Origin: a virus
Taxonomy: Duplodnaviria > Caudoviricetes
Strand: one strand, 5' to 3'
Length of the DNA stretch: 31,706 nt
IMG/VR virus record: IMGVR_UViG_3300035492_000045
Coordinates: 1 to 31,706 of that record
The notes beneath the pieces are model-generated. The model had not been told where the DNA came from. It worked only from the letters and a program-made list of their open reading frames with translations, and searched no databases. Positions 8,009-17,265 of the stretch are shown in pieces. Each line of letters begins with the position of its first letter. Position 1 is the stretch's first letter. A program made the translations under genes and the position numbers.

Positions 8009-8459
8009 TTTTACCTCTAGTCCAACCATCATCCAAGAAAGATTGCAACTCACTCATTTTTACAAGTTTCTTTTGGTCGCCTTTATTAATCCAAGTCTTT
8101 TTGTTAGGGTCAACTTCTTCTAGAATTGAATCTACCATGTTCGCAGGAACATCATTAGCCGTAGTATCAACTTCATCATCGGCTTTAACTGGATCAATCA
8201 CAGAAGGTTCTAAATCAACAGGAACAGGATCAATTACACCTTGAACGACCACAGAGTCAACAGTGACTTCTTCTTTAGTTTCGGTAATGCCTGTGATTTC
8301 TACATTCTTAACACCAAAGTATTCGGCCAATTTAGTTGAAAGGTTTCTAACTGAAACAAGCAATTCGCCTGTTTCTTTTACCACCCAACCTTTCTCAGTT
8401 GCTACAACTTCTTTTTTGTGAGTAGGTTTACGTAACCAACTAGGAATTCTTTCTGACAT
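8004..8459 (-). CDS. Hypothetical protein with acidic linker and C-terminal endonuclease-type repeat module
   Basis: Start reassigned to MSERIPSW (8459) because the track start spans a terminator; ends TWINKGDQKKLV...FLDDGWTRGK. Confidence 0.7.
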   Translation of the reverse strand: MSERIPSWLRKPTHKKEVVATEKGWVVKETGELLVSVRNLSTKLAEYFGVKNVEITGITETKEEVTVDSVVVQGVIDPVPVDLEPSVIDPVKADDEVDTTANDVPANMVDSILEEVDPNKKTWINKGDQKKLVKMSELQSFLDDGWTRGKN

Positions 8460-8485
8460 ATCATTTCTCTCTGTTAGGAAAATAA

Positions 8486-8509
8486 AAAAGGAGCATTTCT
8501 GCTCCTTTT
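8486..8509 (-). terminator. Rho-independent terminator after the HNH gene
   Basis: AAAAGGAGCA-GAAA-TGCTCCTTTT plus further T's. Confidence 0.85.
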
Positions 8510-8518
8510 GTTTATATG

Positions 8519-9700
8519 TCAAATTTTAGCTCTACAATTATCAAAATGATGTTTTTTTGCTACGTTTATTGAAATTAAGCGATTGCAATGTGGGCATAAG
8601 GTCTTTGGACGATTGGTAATGTAATTATCATATTTCTTCTCCTTTTTTGGGGCTTTTCCTAGTTTCCAATGATCTGGTTGTTTTCCTATTGTATATCTTC
8701 TATATACTAGCGTGTCGGGATCATGATAATAAGCAGATCCGTGACCTAAGACCCAACCATCGGGTATTTGAGTCTCATCATATATCCTTTTCCGTTCAAA
8801 CGTTAAAGGGTTATAACAAAATTTAGATTTGTTATATGTTGTCCATCCTTCAGGTTGTCTGTTTTCTGCGAACCTTTTAAATTTTTGTGTATTCGGGTTA
8901 TAATACCAAGAACCACAAAAATTTTCTAGTGAATTTTTTAGTCTACCCAAATTATGAGAAGGGGAAAGTTCGGAAGGGTAAACCATAAACTCATTTTTAC
9001 CGTCATTTACCCATATTCGATCTTTGGATTTATTTGTTGGGTTCCCTCTAACCCAACCTAAAGGTATATTTTCTGTTTCGCACATTTTGTATGTGTCAGG
9101 GTCTTCGGTTGAATGTACCCATACCATACCCAAAGACCCTCTGGTCTTTCTGTTTGGTCCTATTGATTTGTTGTACCCGTCCGGAATATCTTCCCACTCA
9201 TAGAATCTTTTCAATGTTTCTGTGTCGTTGTTCCAATAGTAGTGTTTTCCTGTAGATGCAGACACCTCATTTGGAAGAATGTCGTCTCTATGAGTTCTTC
9301 GAATTTTCTTGGTATCTAAATTTATAACAGTGATTATATTCATTTGATTTTCGGAGTTTATCTTTCTAGCTTTTTCAAAATCTCTTGAAGATATTAGATC
9401 TTTTTTACTATTACTTAATATTACATAAGCAGCTGATATTTTCTGGTTTTGTTTGCATGCACAATATAGAATTTTATGTGCTATGAAATGTTCTCTTGGT
9501 GTTAATACTGATTTGTTAGTGGGATATAAAGCGAATGACTTGTATTCAGGAAATATACTTTTTAGAAGTATATGGTGAGACTCCAGCCCTTTAGATTTTT
9601 TCTTTTTATTTAATTTGGTTACAAATGATATGTATCTATTTAGATAATGAAGATTAATTTCTGGAATTTTTGATTTATATTCTGCTACAAAATCCAACAT
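8519..9700 (-). CDS. Free-standing HNH homing endonuclease (Mob-like) downstream of rIIB
   Basis: N-terminal ESHHIL...N...LTPREHFIAHKIL; about six W/Y-Y-N...P.GW..G repeats; terminal CPHC...HHFDNC; ATG 9700 behind GGAG. Confidence 0.88.
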   Translation of the reverse strand: MLDFVAEYKSKIPEINLHYLNRYISFVTKLNKKKKSKGLESHHILLKSIFPEYKSFALYPTNKSVLTPREHFIAHKILYCACKQNQKISAAYVILSNSKKDLISSRDFEKARKINSENQMNIITVINLDTKKIRRTHRDDILPNEVSASTGKHYYWNNDTETLKRFYEWEDIPDGYNKSIGPNRKTRGSLGMVWVHSTEDPDTYKMCETENIPLGWVRGNPTNKSKDRIWVNDGKNEFMVYPSELSPSHNLGRLKNSLENFCGSWYYNPNTQKFKRFAENRQPEGWTTYNKSKFCYNPLTFERKRIYDETQIPDGWVLGHGSAYYHDPDTLVYRRYTIGKQPDHWKLGKAPKKEKKYDNYITNRPKTLCPHCNRLISINVAKKHHFDNCRAKI

Positions 9701-9743
9701 AACGTGCACTCCTATAAAAATTTTATTTATAAGAATGCACGTT
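9701..9743 (-). promoter_or_regulatory. Late promoter TATAAATA (9724-9731) within an 18-bp hairpin occluding the GGAG RBS
   Basis: AACGTGCATTCTTATAAA pairs with TTTATAGGAGTGCACGTT (two G-U pairs) immediately before the ATG. Confidence 0.87.
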
Positions 9744-9757
9744 TGTGCTTTAATCTA

Positions 9758-10795
9758 CTAATTGTCGAACTGGTCAGTAACGTCTTCTAACACAGTATAT
9801 CCGCTACATCTTGCCTTACTATTATTATAGTCTTTAGGTATAGCCGCTACATCTTTAGGGTTTACCCTTACTTTAACTATTCTATCACTTGACGAGTTAC
9901 TGCCATAGAACTTCATGTAATGTTTTGCTGCAAAATGCAAACCATAACTACAGGTACGGTCACTATCCTCGTCAACCATATTGCGCGGAACACTCAATAC
10001 GTCACCTGGAGCATTTCGCATGGTGTTAGAGTGAATGTCCATATAATCTTCACGGACTTTCTTATAACCAATGAAGTCACCATCTTCGGTAATTTCAATA
10101 CAGCTATGTTCGATAAAACCAAACAGTTCTTTGGTTGCCCGATAACTTGGGTTCTGCATTAGTTTTGCTAGGAAGTTTAGTAAAGGTTTAACTGCGTCTT
10201 TACCACTCTTTGCAACGCCTTCCATAACACGAGTCACAATGGAACCACCCACTTCCATCTTATTGGTAGGGGAATAGTTCCAGTAAATCTTATTCGCCTT
10301 TACATCAACTTCGATTTGGCCTTCGGTAAAAGACTTAACTGCTTCTGCAGGTTTTGCTAAGTGATATGCTTGGGCTAGTGATTCCTGGCTTAAACCCGAG
10401 CTCTTAATAGAGTCAAAGATTTGTTGGAACAATGGATTGCCACTATCAACCACCACGGAATCAACAACAGATTCATTTACCAGTTTGGTTAGACTAATTG
10501 ACTTACGAGTAGCAATAACGCGGTACTCAACGTCTTCTTCAACTTCAACGACTTCTTCATCGTCCTCGACTTCCTGTTCCGGTAAATAATCTTCGCCGGT
10601 CAGTTTGGTCAAGGCAGAGTCAGTGAAGCTTTGCTTGGGTTGCTGTGTTTGGGTTGATGTAGATTCAGCCTTAGCCTTTTCAATCCAACGACTAATGGTC
10701 CGTGGCGATACGCCATACTGACGGGCTAGATCTGTCTTGGTCATACCGAAGGTTAAGAAATCTGCATACGCTAACTGATATTGTTCTTTACTCAT
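9758..10795 (-). CDS. rIIB: rIIB-like protein
   Basis: N-terminal HTH (KTDLARQYGVSPRTISRW), NPS, ITEDGDFIGYKKV, CSYGLH, VNPKDV..IP.DYN..KARC; start at 10795 behind AGGAG. Confidence 0.93.
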   Translation of the reverse strand: MSKEQYQLAYADFLTFGMTKTDLARQYGVSPRTISRWIEKAKAESTSTQTQQPKQSFTDSALTKLTGEDYLPEQEVEDDEEVVEVEEDVEYRVIATRKSISLTKLVNESVVDSVVVDSGNPLFQQIFDSIKSSGLSQESLAQAYHLAKPAEAVKSFTEGQIEVDVKANKIYWNYSPTNKMEVGGSIVTRVMEGVAKSGKDAVKPLLNFLAKLMQNPSYRATKELFGFIEHSCIEITEDGDFIGYKKVREDYMDIHSNTMRNAPGDVLSVPRNMVDEDSDRTCSYGLHFAAKHYMKFYGSNSSSDRIVKVRVNPKDVAAIPKDYNNSKARCSGYTVLEDVTDQFDN

Positions 10796-10817
10796 AATGT
10801 TTCTCCTAAAAAGAATA

Positions 10818-10839
10818 AGGGTGAATTTCACTTCACCCT
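10818..10839 (-). terminator. Hairpin between rIIA and rIIB
   Basis: AGGGTGAA-6 nt-TTCACCCT then TATTCTTTTT. Confidence 0.55.
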
Positions 10840-10845
10840 AGAATG

Positions 10846-13071
10846 TTAAACGGTTTCTTTTGACTTGTCAACTAATTCTATGTAACGGTCTAACTCGTCT
10901 TTTGGTGTTGTAGAGCACAACCATTCTAATAGCGGGTAATCTAATTTCAAACGATCTTTTATGAGGTCAATCGTGTCTTTAATATCATTGATTTTTTGCT
11001 TAACGATGCTACCAAGGGCATTCCTTTTAAAGTAAAAATCAATATCAACTCCATACAACCCTTCATGGATTTCTCTGTATTCTGCCACTTCGGGATGAAT
11101 TCCAATGACTTCATCATAGATACGATCTTTTAGAACGTGTTCACCAAACAACGATGTCATGAAATAGTAACCAACTTCTTCTTTTAAATAATATTTCTTA
11201 ATCATTACATCATTTAGAACCGTTCGGTTTTTGAACATTGTTTCCACTTCAGCGTTAACCGATTGAAACGCCTTAAAAGCATATTTGACTTGTGATGGGG
11301 TCACTACAATAGCAATATCGATGTTATAAGATATCAGGTAGAAATCTCTGGTATACACAATACCATTACCACTGTCGTTATCATTCCAAGGTAGAGTGAG
11401 ATGTCCTCTAGAATCTTCAAGAATTAGGACTCGTTTACCAACCAAATCTGCAGGATCTACCAATACACCACAATCTTTACTGATATAAGGCCCGTCAACC
11501 GTCAACGTATATTTCGTTCTAAACAGGTTGAGGGGTTTGCGGGTGGTGACACCCGGAACATCGCCTAATGCTTCTTTTCTTGCTAGAGCGGCCAGTCGCC
11601 GTTGTTCTTTAATGCGAGCCTTGCGCTCGTCGACCGCTGTTTGAGCATCAATAAACTCAACATTTCCAAAGATAGATGTCAACTCATCTTTCGTTGTTTG
11701 TGAAATGTCACGATATAGTAGCATTGTGGCACGAGCTTGTTTTGATTTTGCGTGTTCTTTCATTGCCGCGAACACACCATCAACATTACCTGTATAGAAC
11801 ACGAATTTAGAATATTTGTTGAGTTTGGCGAAATACATTCCCCAAGAGCCTAGTCGAACTTCTCGTATAGTAGAGGAAAGGTTGTTTTGTGCCCCGTAGA
11901 AGTTATGCCAAATTAGATCTTCAACATTTTCCTGTTCTTTTACAACAGACCCATCTTCCTGGACCGCGTCGATTTCCATTAGCTCATATTTCAGTGTATC
12001 TAGAATGGCTTGGCCCCAATTAGAATCTCTCCACTTGGCTAAAGAAATGCCTTTGAACGTGAAAAGATCATACGCCCAAGAACCAATTTCTCTTTCTACA
12101 TAATCACACGCATCGACAACCGAAATGGCACCACTGTCGACATAGGTTTGAACAGATGCCGTCATGTCTTTTATACATTCTTTCACTTTGTTCACGAATA
12201 CTTCTCTAGTTTCGTCGTCAAATGAAATTGTTTCGCGTGATACGGCAACGTCCAAATCACCAATATCAAAGCGAATAATGAGGTTTTGGTTTTCGAAGAA
12301 TTTCTTTTCACTTAAGGTAAGCTCTTCCTCAAAGGTTTCTCGAACACGACTAACAATGTAAGCCACATTACCCATCACGGCTGTAATTTGGTTAGAGTTA
12401 TATCTGTTACCAGAAGTGGTATATCGCTTCCCTTCTAATGACTCAAAAGACCCACGGCTAATATCAAGGTCGATATTCATCTCAGGTAATACAGTAAACC
12501 ATTGATATACTTTACGAGCATCTTCCTTAAACTGATAAAAGTCTGCCTTTCTTACAGGCAAAGAAATCTTAACACCATTGCCTTCTGTTGTTGGCTTCTC
12601 AGACATTAAGGAAACCGAAGGTTCACCTGAAGCATTGATGAACGCATTGTAATGCAACTCAACACCATCTTTACGTGAACGAATGTTGAATGTATCGGTA
12701 TAGGCAAAAGGAGTTTTAGAACCCAAACCTAATGCACCGATTACATCATTAGAATTTGTTTTAGTGGAAGTGAAGTAGCTAGTGTAGATTGACTCGACAT
12801 CGTCTTTACTCAACCCTACGCCAAAATCTTCTACCGAGAATTCTGGTTCCCATTCATTTGGAAAGTGAATGGAAAACGGCTTTTCTGGACAACCTGCCAT
12901 AACGTGACTGTCGTACGCATTACATGACAGTTCACGAACGATTGCTTCAATTTTACGGGAATACAAGGAATCCGATAGGATTCGGAATGCTTTGGCGGTT
13001 GCATTAATTGTAAATTTTCTTTCATTATTAGTGTTTGAAAGAACTTCAATATCTTCATGGCGTAACTTCAT
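10846..13071 (-). CDS. rIIA: rIIA-like protein (GHKL/HSP90-like ATPase domain)
   Basis: LYS...AIVRELSCNAYDSH, DFGVGL, YFTSTK, IGALGLGSK, SRETISFD; upstream of rIIB. Confidence 0.94.
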   Translation of the reverse strand: MKLRHEDIEVLSNTNNERKFTINATAKAFRILSDSLYSRKIEAIVRELSCNAYDSHVMAGCPEKPFSIHFPNEWEPEFSVEDFGVGLSKDDVESIYTSYFTSTKTNSNDVIGALGLGSKTPFAYTDTFNIRSRKDGVELHYNAFINASGEPSVSLMSEKPTTEGNGVKISLPVRKADFYQFKEDARKVYQWFTVLPEMNIDLDISRGSFESLEGKRYTTSGNRYNSNQITAVMGNVAYIVSRVRETFEEELTLSEKKFFENQNLIIRFDIGDLDVAVSRETISFDDETREVFVNKVKECIKDMTASVQTYVDSGAISVVDACDYVEREIGSWAYDLFTFKGISLAKWRDSNWGQAILDTLKYELMEIDAVQEDGSVVKEQENVEDLIWHNFYGAQNNLSSTIREVRLGSWGMYFAKLNKYSKFVFYTGNVDGVFAAMKEHAKSKQARATMLLYRDISQTTKDELTSIFGNVEFIDAQTAVDERKARIKEQRRLAALARKEALGDVPGVTTRKPLNLFRTKYTLTVDGPYISKDCGVLVDPADLVGKRVLILEDSRGHLTLPWNDNDSGNGIVYTRDFYLISYNIDIAIVVTPSQVKYAFKAFQSVNAEVETMFKNRTVLNDVMIKKYYLKEEVGYYFMTSLFGEHVLKDRIYDEVIGIHPEVAEYREIHEGLYGVDIDFYFKRNALGSIVKQKINDIKDTIDLIKDRLKLDYPLLEWLCSTTPKDELDRYIELVDKSKETV

Positions 13072-13103
13072 TACATTTCACTCCTGTTTCATAAGTCGAA
13101 GTT

Positions 13104-13132
13104 AGAATATACGGTTTCGTTTAAATTGTCAA
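13104..13132 (-). promoter_or_regulatory. Sigma70-type early promoter for rIIA
   Basis: TTGACA-17 nt-TATTCT. Confidence 0.75.
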
Positions 13133-13413
13133 CGTCTCATTCTAGCAACGTCAATGGCGGCTTCTTTAGAAATGATAGGCTGATAACAAGACTTGTGTAT
13201 TAATGCGACACCTCTTACTAGATCGCCTGTATACAATTGTGGCTCATTCTTTGTTGTTAAGCATACGTTGGTATTAACTCTGTTAACGGTGCGCTTAGAA
13301 TCGCGCCAGCTTGGAATTTTAGGCGGTTCGTATGTTGTTTGTAAGGTACTTCTTTTACTAGCACCATCAAAACGACTCCGAAGAGTCGTTTTCAGTTCCT
13401 TTTCGATACTCAT
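13129..13413 (-). CDS. Conserved phage hypothetical protein
   Basis: C-terminal YTG...GVALIHKS...P.......A.DVARMRR pattern; ATGA coupling. Confidence 0.7.
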   Translation of the reverse strand: MSIEKELKTTLRSRFDGASKRSTLQTTYEPPKIPSWRDSKRTVNRVNTNVCLTTKNEPQLYTGDLVRGVALIHKSCYQPIISKEAAIDVARMRR

Positions 13414-13958
13414 TTCTCTAATTCCACCACAGGACAGATCTTAGATTTGAATGATCTGTACCAGCTATAGAAAATTGACGGTTCTTTCTTTGGTTTATCT
13501 TGCACCAAAGATTTCATGGGTTTATTCTTTTTCCAATTATACAACCATGCCACAGAAATAAACCGTTGAAGGTACTTAGGAACCAATGAGTCAGTAAACT
13601 CTTGTAGAGTGATATAGTCGTCAGTGATACGTTTTAGTTCATAAAAGAACCATTTGAATGATGCTACGATACCAAGAACGAAAAGAGATCCTAGAATCGT
13701 GAAGTACATCGCGAATCCCGCATAATTTATCGCTGACTCTGCTATACCAAATAAGGTGTAAAGGAATGGAACTGCTAAACCGAAGATAGATACAATTGAT
13801 ACGAACAGAACGAAAATGACTGTACCTACCATATACCACATTAAAGAACGAGTATATTGACAGAATGATACGGTGTATCCACAATCCAAATCACGAGCGG
13901 TGTCCGAGCCCATAGTGCGTAGAAATTTAAAGTGCCAAGATTTCTTATCAATTTTCAT
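13410..13958 (-). CDS. Membrane protein
   Basis: Two to three hydrophobic segments; SWH, FC.Y and K.KICP motifs. Confidence 0.7.
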   Translation of the reverse strand: MKIDKKSWHFKFLRTMGSDTARDLDCGYTVSFCQYTRSLMWYMVGTVIFVLFVSIVSIFGLAVPFLYTLFGIAESAINYAGFAMYFTILGSLFVLGIVASFKWFFYELKRITDDYITLQEFTDSLVPKYLQRFISVAWLYNWKKNKPMKSLVQDKPKKEPSIFYSWYRSFKSKICPVVELEK

Positions 13959-13959
13959 A

Positions 13960-14151
13960 TCAATTCCCCTTAGATTTACCGAACCACCCGGAACCTTTTG
14001 TGCTAAAAGGAGTAGGGATCATCACGTTCTTTGTTTCACTGCCGCACTCTTCACACTTTGGAAACGGATCCAACATCTTTTTCCGAATTTCTTTTGTTTC
14101 AATGGACATATGGCATTGTTCATTTGTACATAGAATGTTATACGACGGCAT
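13960..14151 (-). CDS. FmdB-family zinc-ribbon protein
   Basis: MPSY...C....C...CEECG...F..KGSGW. Confidence 0.8.
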   Translation of the reverse strand: MPSYNILCTNEQCHMSIETKEIRKKMLDPFPKCEECGSETKNVMIPTPFSTKGSGWFGKSKGN

Positions 14152-14632
14152 TCTGCTTTTCCTCTGTTGTTAACTCTGTGCCTGGTAGGTAGTAGAACCT
14201 GACTGTATGGTCTTTCAGTTCCCAAAGAATCAGCTCTTTGATAACTTCCCAGTCACCGCCCGCTCGATCACTAGCCACACGGTAAGGAAAACCTACGACG
14301 TCATCATCAAGCAAGAAGTATTTCATGCGACGAAGTGCTGATGCAAATGCGCCATAATTAACTTGTCTACGATCTCTACCAAATAAGTCTTGACCGTACA
14401 AATTAACAACCTTGCCGTCTGAGCATAAAGAACAATTACCGAGGCGATTGATATCTAGTGCCACGGCATCGCAATCGGCTTTATATGCTTTTGGTAAACG
14501 CTCACGAATTTCTTTGGCGATGCCTGAGCCAAATGTATTTTGACAATTAGCGCAATGTGCCAGAACATCAATTTCGCAATTTAACAGAGCATCAATTGCG
14601 TTACCTTCTACGAATAAAACTTTCTGTGTCAT
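14138..14632 (-). CDS. Macrodomain protein (T4 tk.4-like; TARG1/DarG-like class)
   Basis: EGN, HCANC...GSGIAKEI, VVNLYGQ, P......AGGDW. Confidence 0.85.
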   Translation of the reverse strand: MTQKVLFVEGNAIDALLNCEIDVLAHCANCQNTFGSGIAKEIRERLPKAYKADCDAVALDINRLGNCSLCSDGKVVNLYGQDLFGRDRRQVNYGAFASALRRMKYFLLDDDVVGFPYRVASDRAGGDWEVIKELILWELKDHTVRFYYLPGTELTTEEKQNAVV

Positions 14633-14664
14633 GATATAAACCTCGTTTGTTAATTCACAAAAAC

Positions 14665-14699
14665 AGTGTAAAGGAAAAGAGGGTTGATTTCAACTCTCT
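14665..14699 (-). promoter_or_regulatory. Early promoter overlapping a hairpin
   Basis: TTGAAA-17 nt-TACACT; imperfect stem AGAGTTGA/TCAACCCTCT then TTT. Confidence 0.65.
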
Positions 14700-15990
14700 A
14701 TGACGCATCTTCTACATCAACTTCTTTTTCGCTGGCAATGCCTTCCATTACCTTGAACACGAAGCTCTTACTTTTAAGGAATAATGGAGTCAATGTACCG
14801 CGATCTACACGAACAATTACACCCTCAGAAACATGGCTTGGGTCATGGTAGTCTTCGGTTAGAACATCTTCGCGCTCTGTTAGTTGTTCTACCAAGGCAG
14901 ATAACTTTTCATAGTCACCATCAAATACGAACGGTTCGACCAAGTCATAAGACGGCTCAATGTTACGGTCTTTGCACCACTGTACCAATTGAGCCTGGGT
15001 CATATCAATATGCGTTCCATCTTCGGTAGTGTAAGTGATACGATAAATATGGAACTTGTTAGTACCTTCAAGACAACCATATTTGTAAATGACATGGTCA
15101 CCATATTTCTTGCTAATGGCCTTGTTCTTTAGGTCTTTGGTGCTATGCGTAGCCATAATAGACTTACCATTCGCATAACCTACAATTTCACCGTAGATTG
15201 TCATGCCCTTAGTCATATAAGGCTTTAAGAATTCTAACCATTCAAAACGGTAACCTTCACTGCCATGGAATCCTTCCTTTTCAGGGCTAGATAGAACAAC
15301 TCGACGAGTTCCACAGACATAGTCCCATTTGAACTCAGGGAAGATAGGCAGAAACTTATTAATGAACTGTTTCCACTTAGGTAGATTAAACATCACTTTA
15401 GTATAAGCATAACGTGCAGACGTACCATGCTTTTTAGATTGAATAGAGATCAAATCCCCTTTCTGAATCTTAGTCATGCAATGGCGGAACTGTTCAGTGT
15501 CAACGTGTTCAACGAATAAAGGTGTTTCTACCGCCTTGCGTTGTTTGGTTGACTTGTTGCCCATAGCACGCAAGGTCTTTTCATTAAAATACTTGTTAGC
15601 AATTTTAATACCGTTCAACTCTTCGAATGAGTCACCTACTTTTAATGCGGTCAAATCATAACCGGTGAATGCCATTGATTGCAACTCGGCAAAGAAGCCT
15701 TCAGATTTTACTTTCAAGAAAGGTTGAGCCCGTACACGTCGGGACTGTTCAAAGAATCCTTTCTTAGTTGGGTCTAGGTTCTTTTCACTGTCACGGTATA
15801 GACAGTTCATACGACAATATTCTTCTGAAAGTTGGGTTCCTGCTGGGAAGAACACACCAATCTTACCTTCGTGCCAGTGTTTAGATACGATAACAGACTC
15901 GCCTAATACCTTAGCAATATGAATGTTTTCGGCACCTGGAATTTCAATAGTTGTATCAATTTTCGCGATAATCGCTTTGTAATTTGACAT
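14698..15990 (-). CDS. RNA ligase (Rnl2/DRB0094-like, with N-terminal OB-type domain)
   Basis: Nucleotidyltransferase motifs KKHGTS, IYGEIVG, EGVIVR, LKSKS; N-terminal IPGAENI. Confidence 0.85.
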   Translation of the reverse strand: MSNYKAIIAKIDTTIEIPGAENIHIAKVLGESVIVSKHWHEGKIGVFFPAGTQLSEEYCRMNCLYRDSEKNLDPTKKGFFEQSRRVRAQPFLKVKSEGFFAELQSMAFTGYDLTALKVGDSFEELNGIKIANKYFNEKTLRAMGNKSTKQRKAVETPLFVEHVDTEQFRHCMTKIQKGDLISIQSKKHGTSARYAYTKVMFNLPKWKQFINKFLPIFPEFKWDYVCGTRRVVLSSPEKEGFHGSEGYRFEWLEFLKPYMTKGMTIYGEIVGYANGKSIMATHSTKDLKNKAISKKYGDHVIYKYGCLEGTNKFHIYRITYTTEDGTHIDMTQAQLVQWCKDRNIEPSYDLVEPFVFDGDYEKLSALVEQLTEREDVLTEDYHDPSHVSEGVIVRVDRGTLTPLFLKSKSFVFKVMEGIASEKEVDVEDAS

Positions 15991-16001
15991 AATGTTTCAC
16001 C

Positions 16002-16226
16002 TTAAAGTGACTGACAACGTTTTGGTTGTAATGTTTCTGAATCAATCACAACCGCCATATAACCTTTATATCCAAAAACTCTTACATAATACTGAACACC
16101 TTGTAGGCATTGAATACTAAAGTCTCTTGATGTGAGTGTTAAAGAGTCGGGATTAGCGCCGATATTTTCTTTTGAACATCCAGTTAACAAAACCAGAAAG
16201 AACAACCCTAAAGCCAGTTTCTTCAT
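16002..16226 (-). CDS. Small lipoprotein
   Basis: MKKLALGLFFLVLLTG-C lipobox; start reassigned to 16226; two further Cys. Confidence 0.75.
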   Translation of the reverse strand: MKKLALGLFFLVLLTGCSKENIGANPDSLTLTSRDFSIQCLQGVQYYVRVFGYKGYMAVVIDSETLQPKRCQSL

Positions 16227-16233
16227 TTCATTT

Positions 16234-16713
16234 CTACAATTCCAATAAAAGATTTTCATAACTTTCTATGATGTCATAACCACCATCATATTCTTCCATT
16301 AATTCCAAACACAACTCAGGTTTAGTTAATGCGAGTCTAATTCGTTTTGCTGCGCCATGAGGTGTATTATCAAAATCTGACCAGAATCCACCAAACATGA
16401 AATCCCATAACCGGTCTTGTTCATCTGTATGACACAATCCATCCTCGTAGGTGATTTCCAAGGAATATTCGCCCCAGTTATCATTCTCATCAGGAGGAGG
16501 AAGTCCTTTAACGAAAGGAGCATGACCAATCGCACAACCAGCAGTACCACAAAAATTCTCAGGCACAAGAACATCTACAGGAAAGCAATTCTTATCTTTA
16601 TATTGAGCCGTATTAAATCGGCTCATATTAAACTGACCATAATTCTCTGGTAGGTTTTCTAAATAGTCGGCCAGTAAGGTCAGGTACTCTTCGTTTAAAT
16701 TGTAATCACTCAT
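16234..16713 (-). CDS. Hypothetical protein (CGTAGCAIGH motif)
   Basis: Acidic ORF with a Cys/His motif; ATGA coupling. Confidence 0.75.
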   Translation of the reverse strand: MSDYNLNEEYLTLLADYLENLPENYGQFNMSRFNTAQYKDKNCFPVDVLVPENFCGTAGCAIGHAPFVKGLPPPDENDNWGEYSLEITYEDGLCHTDEQDRLWDFMFGGFWSDFDNTPHGAAKRIRLALTKPELCLELMEEYDGGYDIIESYENLLLEL

Positions 16714-16922
16714 TTTAAGATCCTCACATTGTATTTCACTTTCTTAAGATTCGATTTAGAAACAAGGTTAACGGAACCAACATTCTTTATCTCTTGAGAG
16801 AACACTGATTCACCTACAGGAGATAAACTTCCATCTACATGAAGAATAAAGAAACGATCATCTAACTGCTTAGAATGCCAGTGGAAGAACGCTTTGATTG
16901 TCGGGAAACTTATAAATTCCAT
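16710..16922 (-). CDS. Hypothetical protein
   Basis: TAATG and ATGA overlaps with neighbours. Confidence 0.65.
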   Translation of the reverse strand: MEFISFPTIKAFFHWHSKQLDDRFFILHVDGSLSPVGESVFSQEIKNVGSVNLVSKSNLKKVKYNVRILK

Positions 16923-17185
16923 TAGAAAAAGTCCATAACGGCGGTATCGTAACCGGCTTCAATTAAAGCGACTTTGACTTCATCCTTACGAGATTCGTAC
17001 TTATTGAATTCGTTTTCCATTCTTTTGGATGACAAGTGGTTGTCTAACTCTTCTTGCCTGGCATCTAATGAGCATTTTGCATTTTCAATATCAAATGAGT
17101 TTTTTGTGACTTGAGCGGCGCTGTGTTTTCTTTGTGCTTCAACCAATGCTAAGTTCAGTGCCGCTAATTTTAAAAATTGTTTCAT
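16922..17185 (-). CDS. Hypothetical protein
   Basis: AAGGA RBS; first gene after an early promoter. Confidence 0.7.
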   Translation of the reverse strand: MKQFLKLAALNLALVEAQRKHSAAQVTKNSFDIENAKCSLDARQEELDNHLSSKRMENEFNKYESRKDEVKVALIEAGYDTAVMDFF

Positions 17186-17200
17186 GATAAATCCTTTCTA

Positions 17201-17257
17201 ATTTCACTTTACACTGACATAGTAAAAGAAAAGGCAGTCTATGTCAACTGCCTTTTC
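17201..17257 (-). promoter_or_regulatory. Terminator/early-promoter cassette, copy A
   Basis: AAAAGGCAGT-loop-ACTGCCTTTT hairpin containing TTGACA, 17 nt to TACTAT, then GTAAAGTGAAAT. Confidence 0.85.
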
Positions 17258-17265
17258 AAATTATT

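Noticed and set aside
8509-8516. TATAAACA as a late promoter bypassing the terminator
   Set aside because: A single imperfect match in AT-rich sequence; plausible but unsupported
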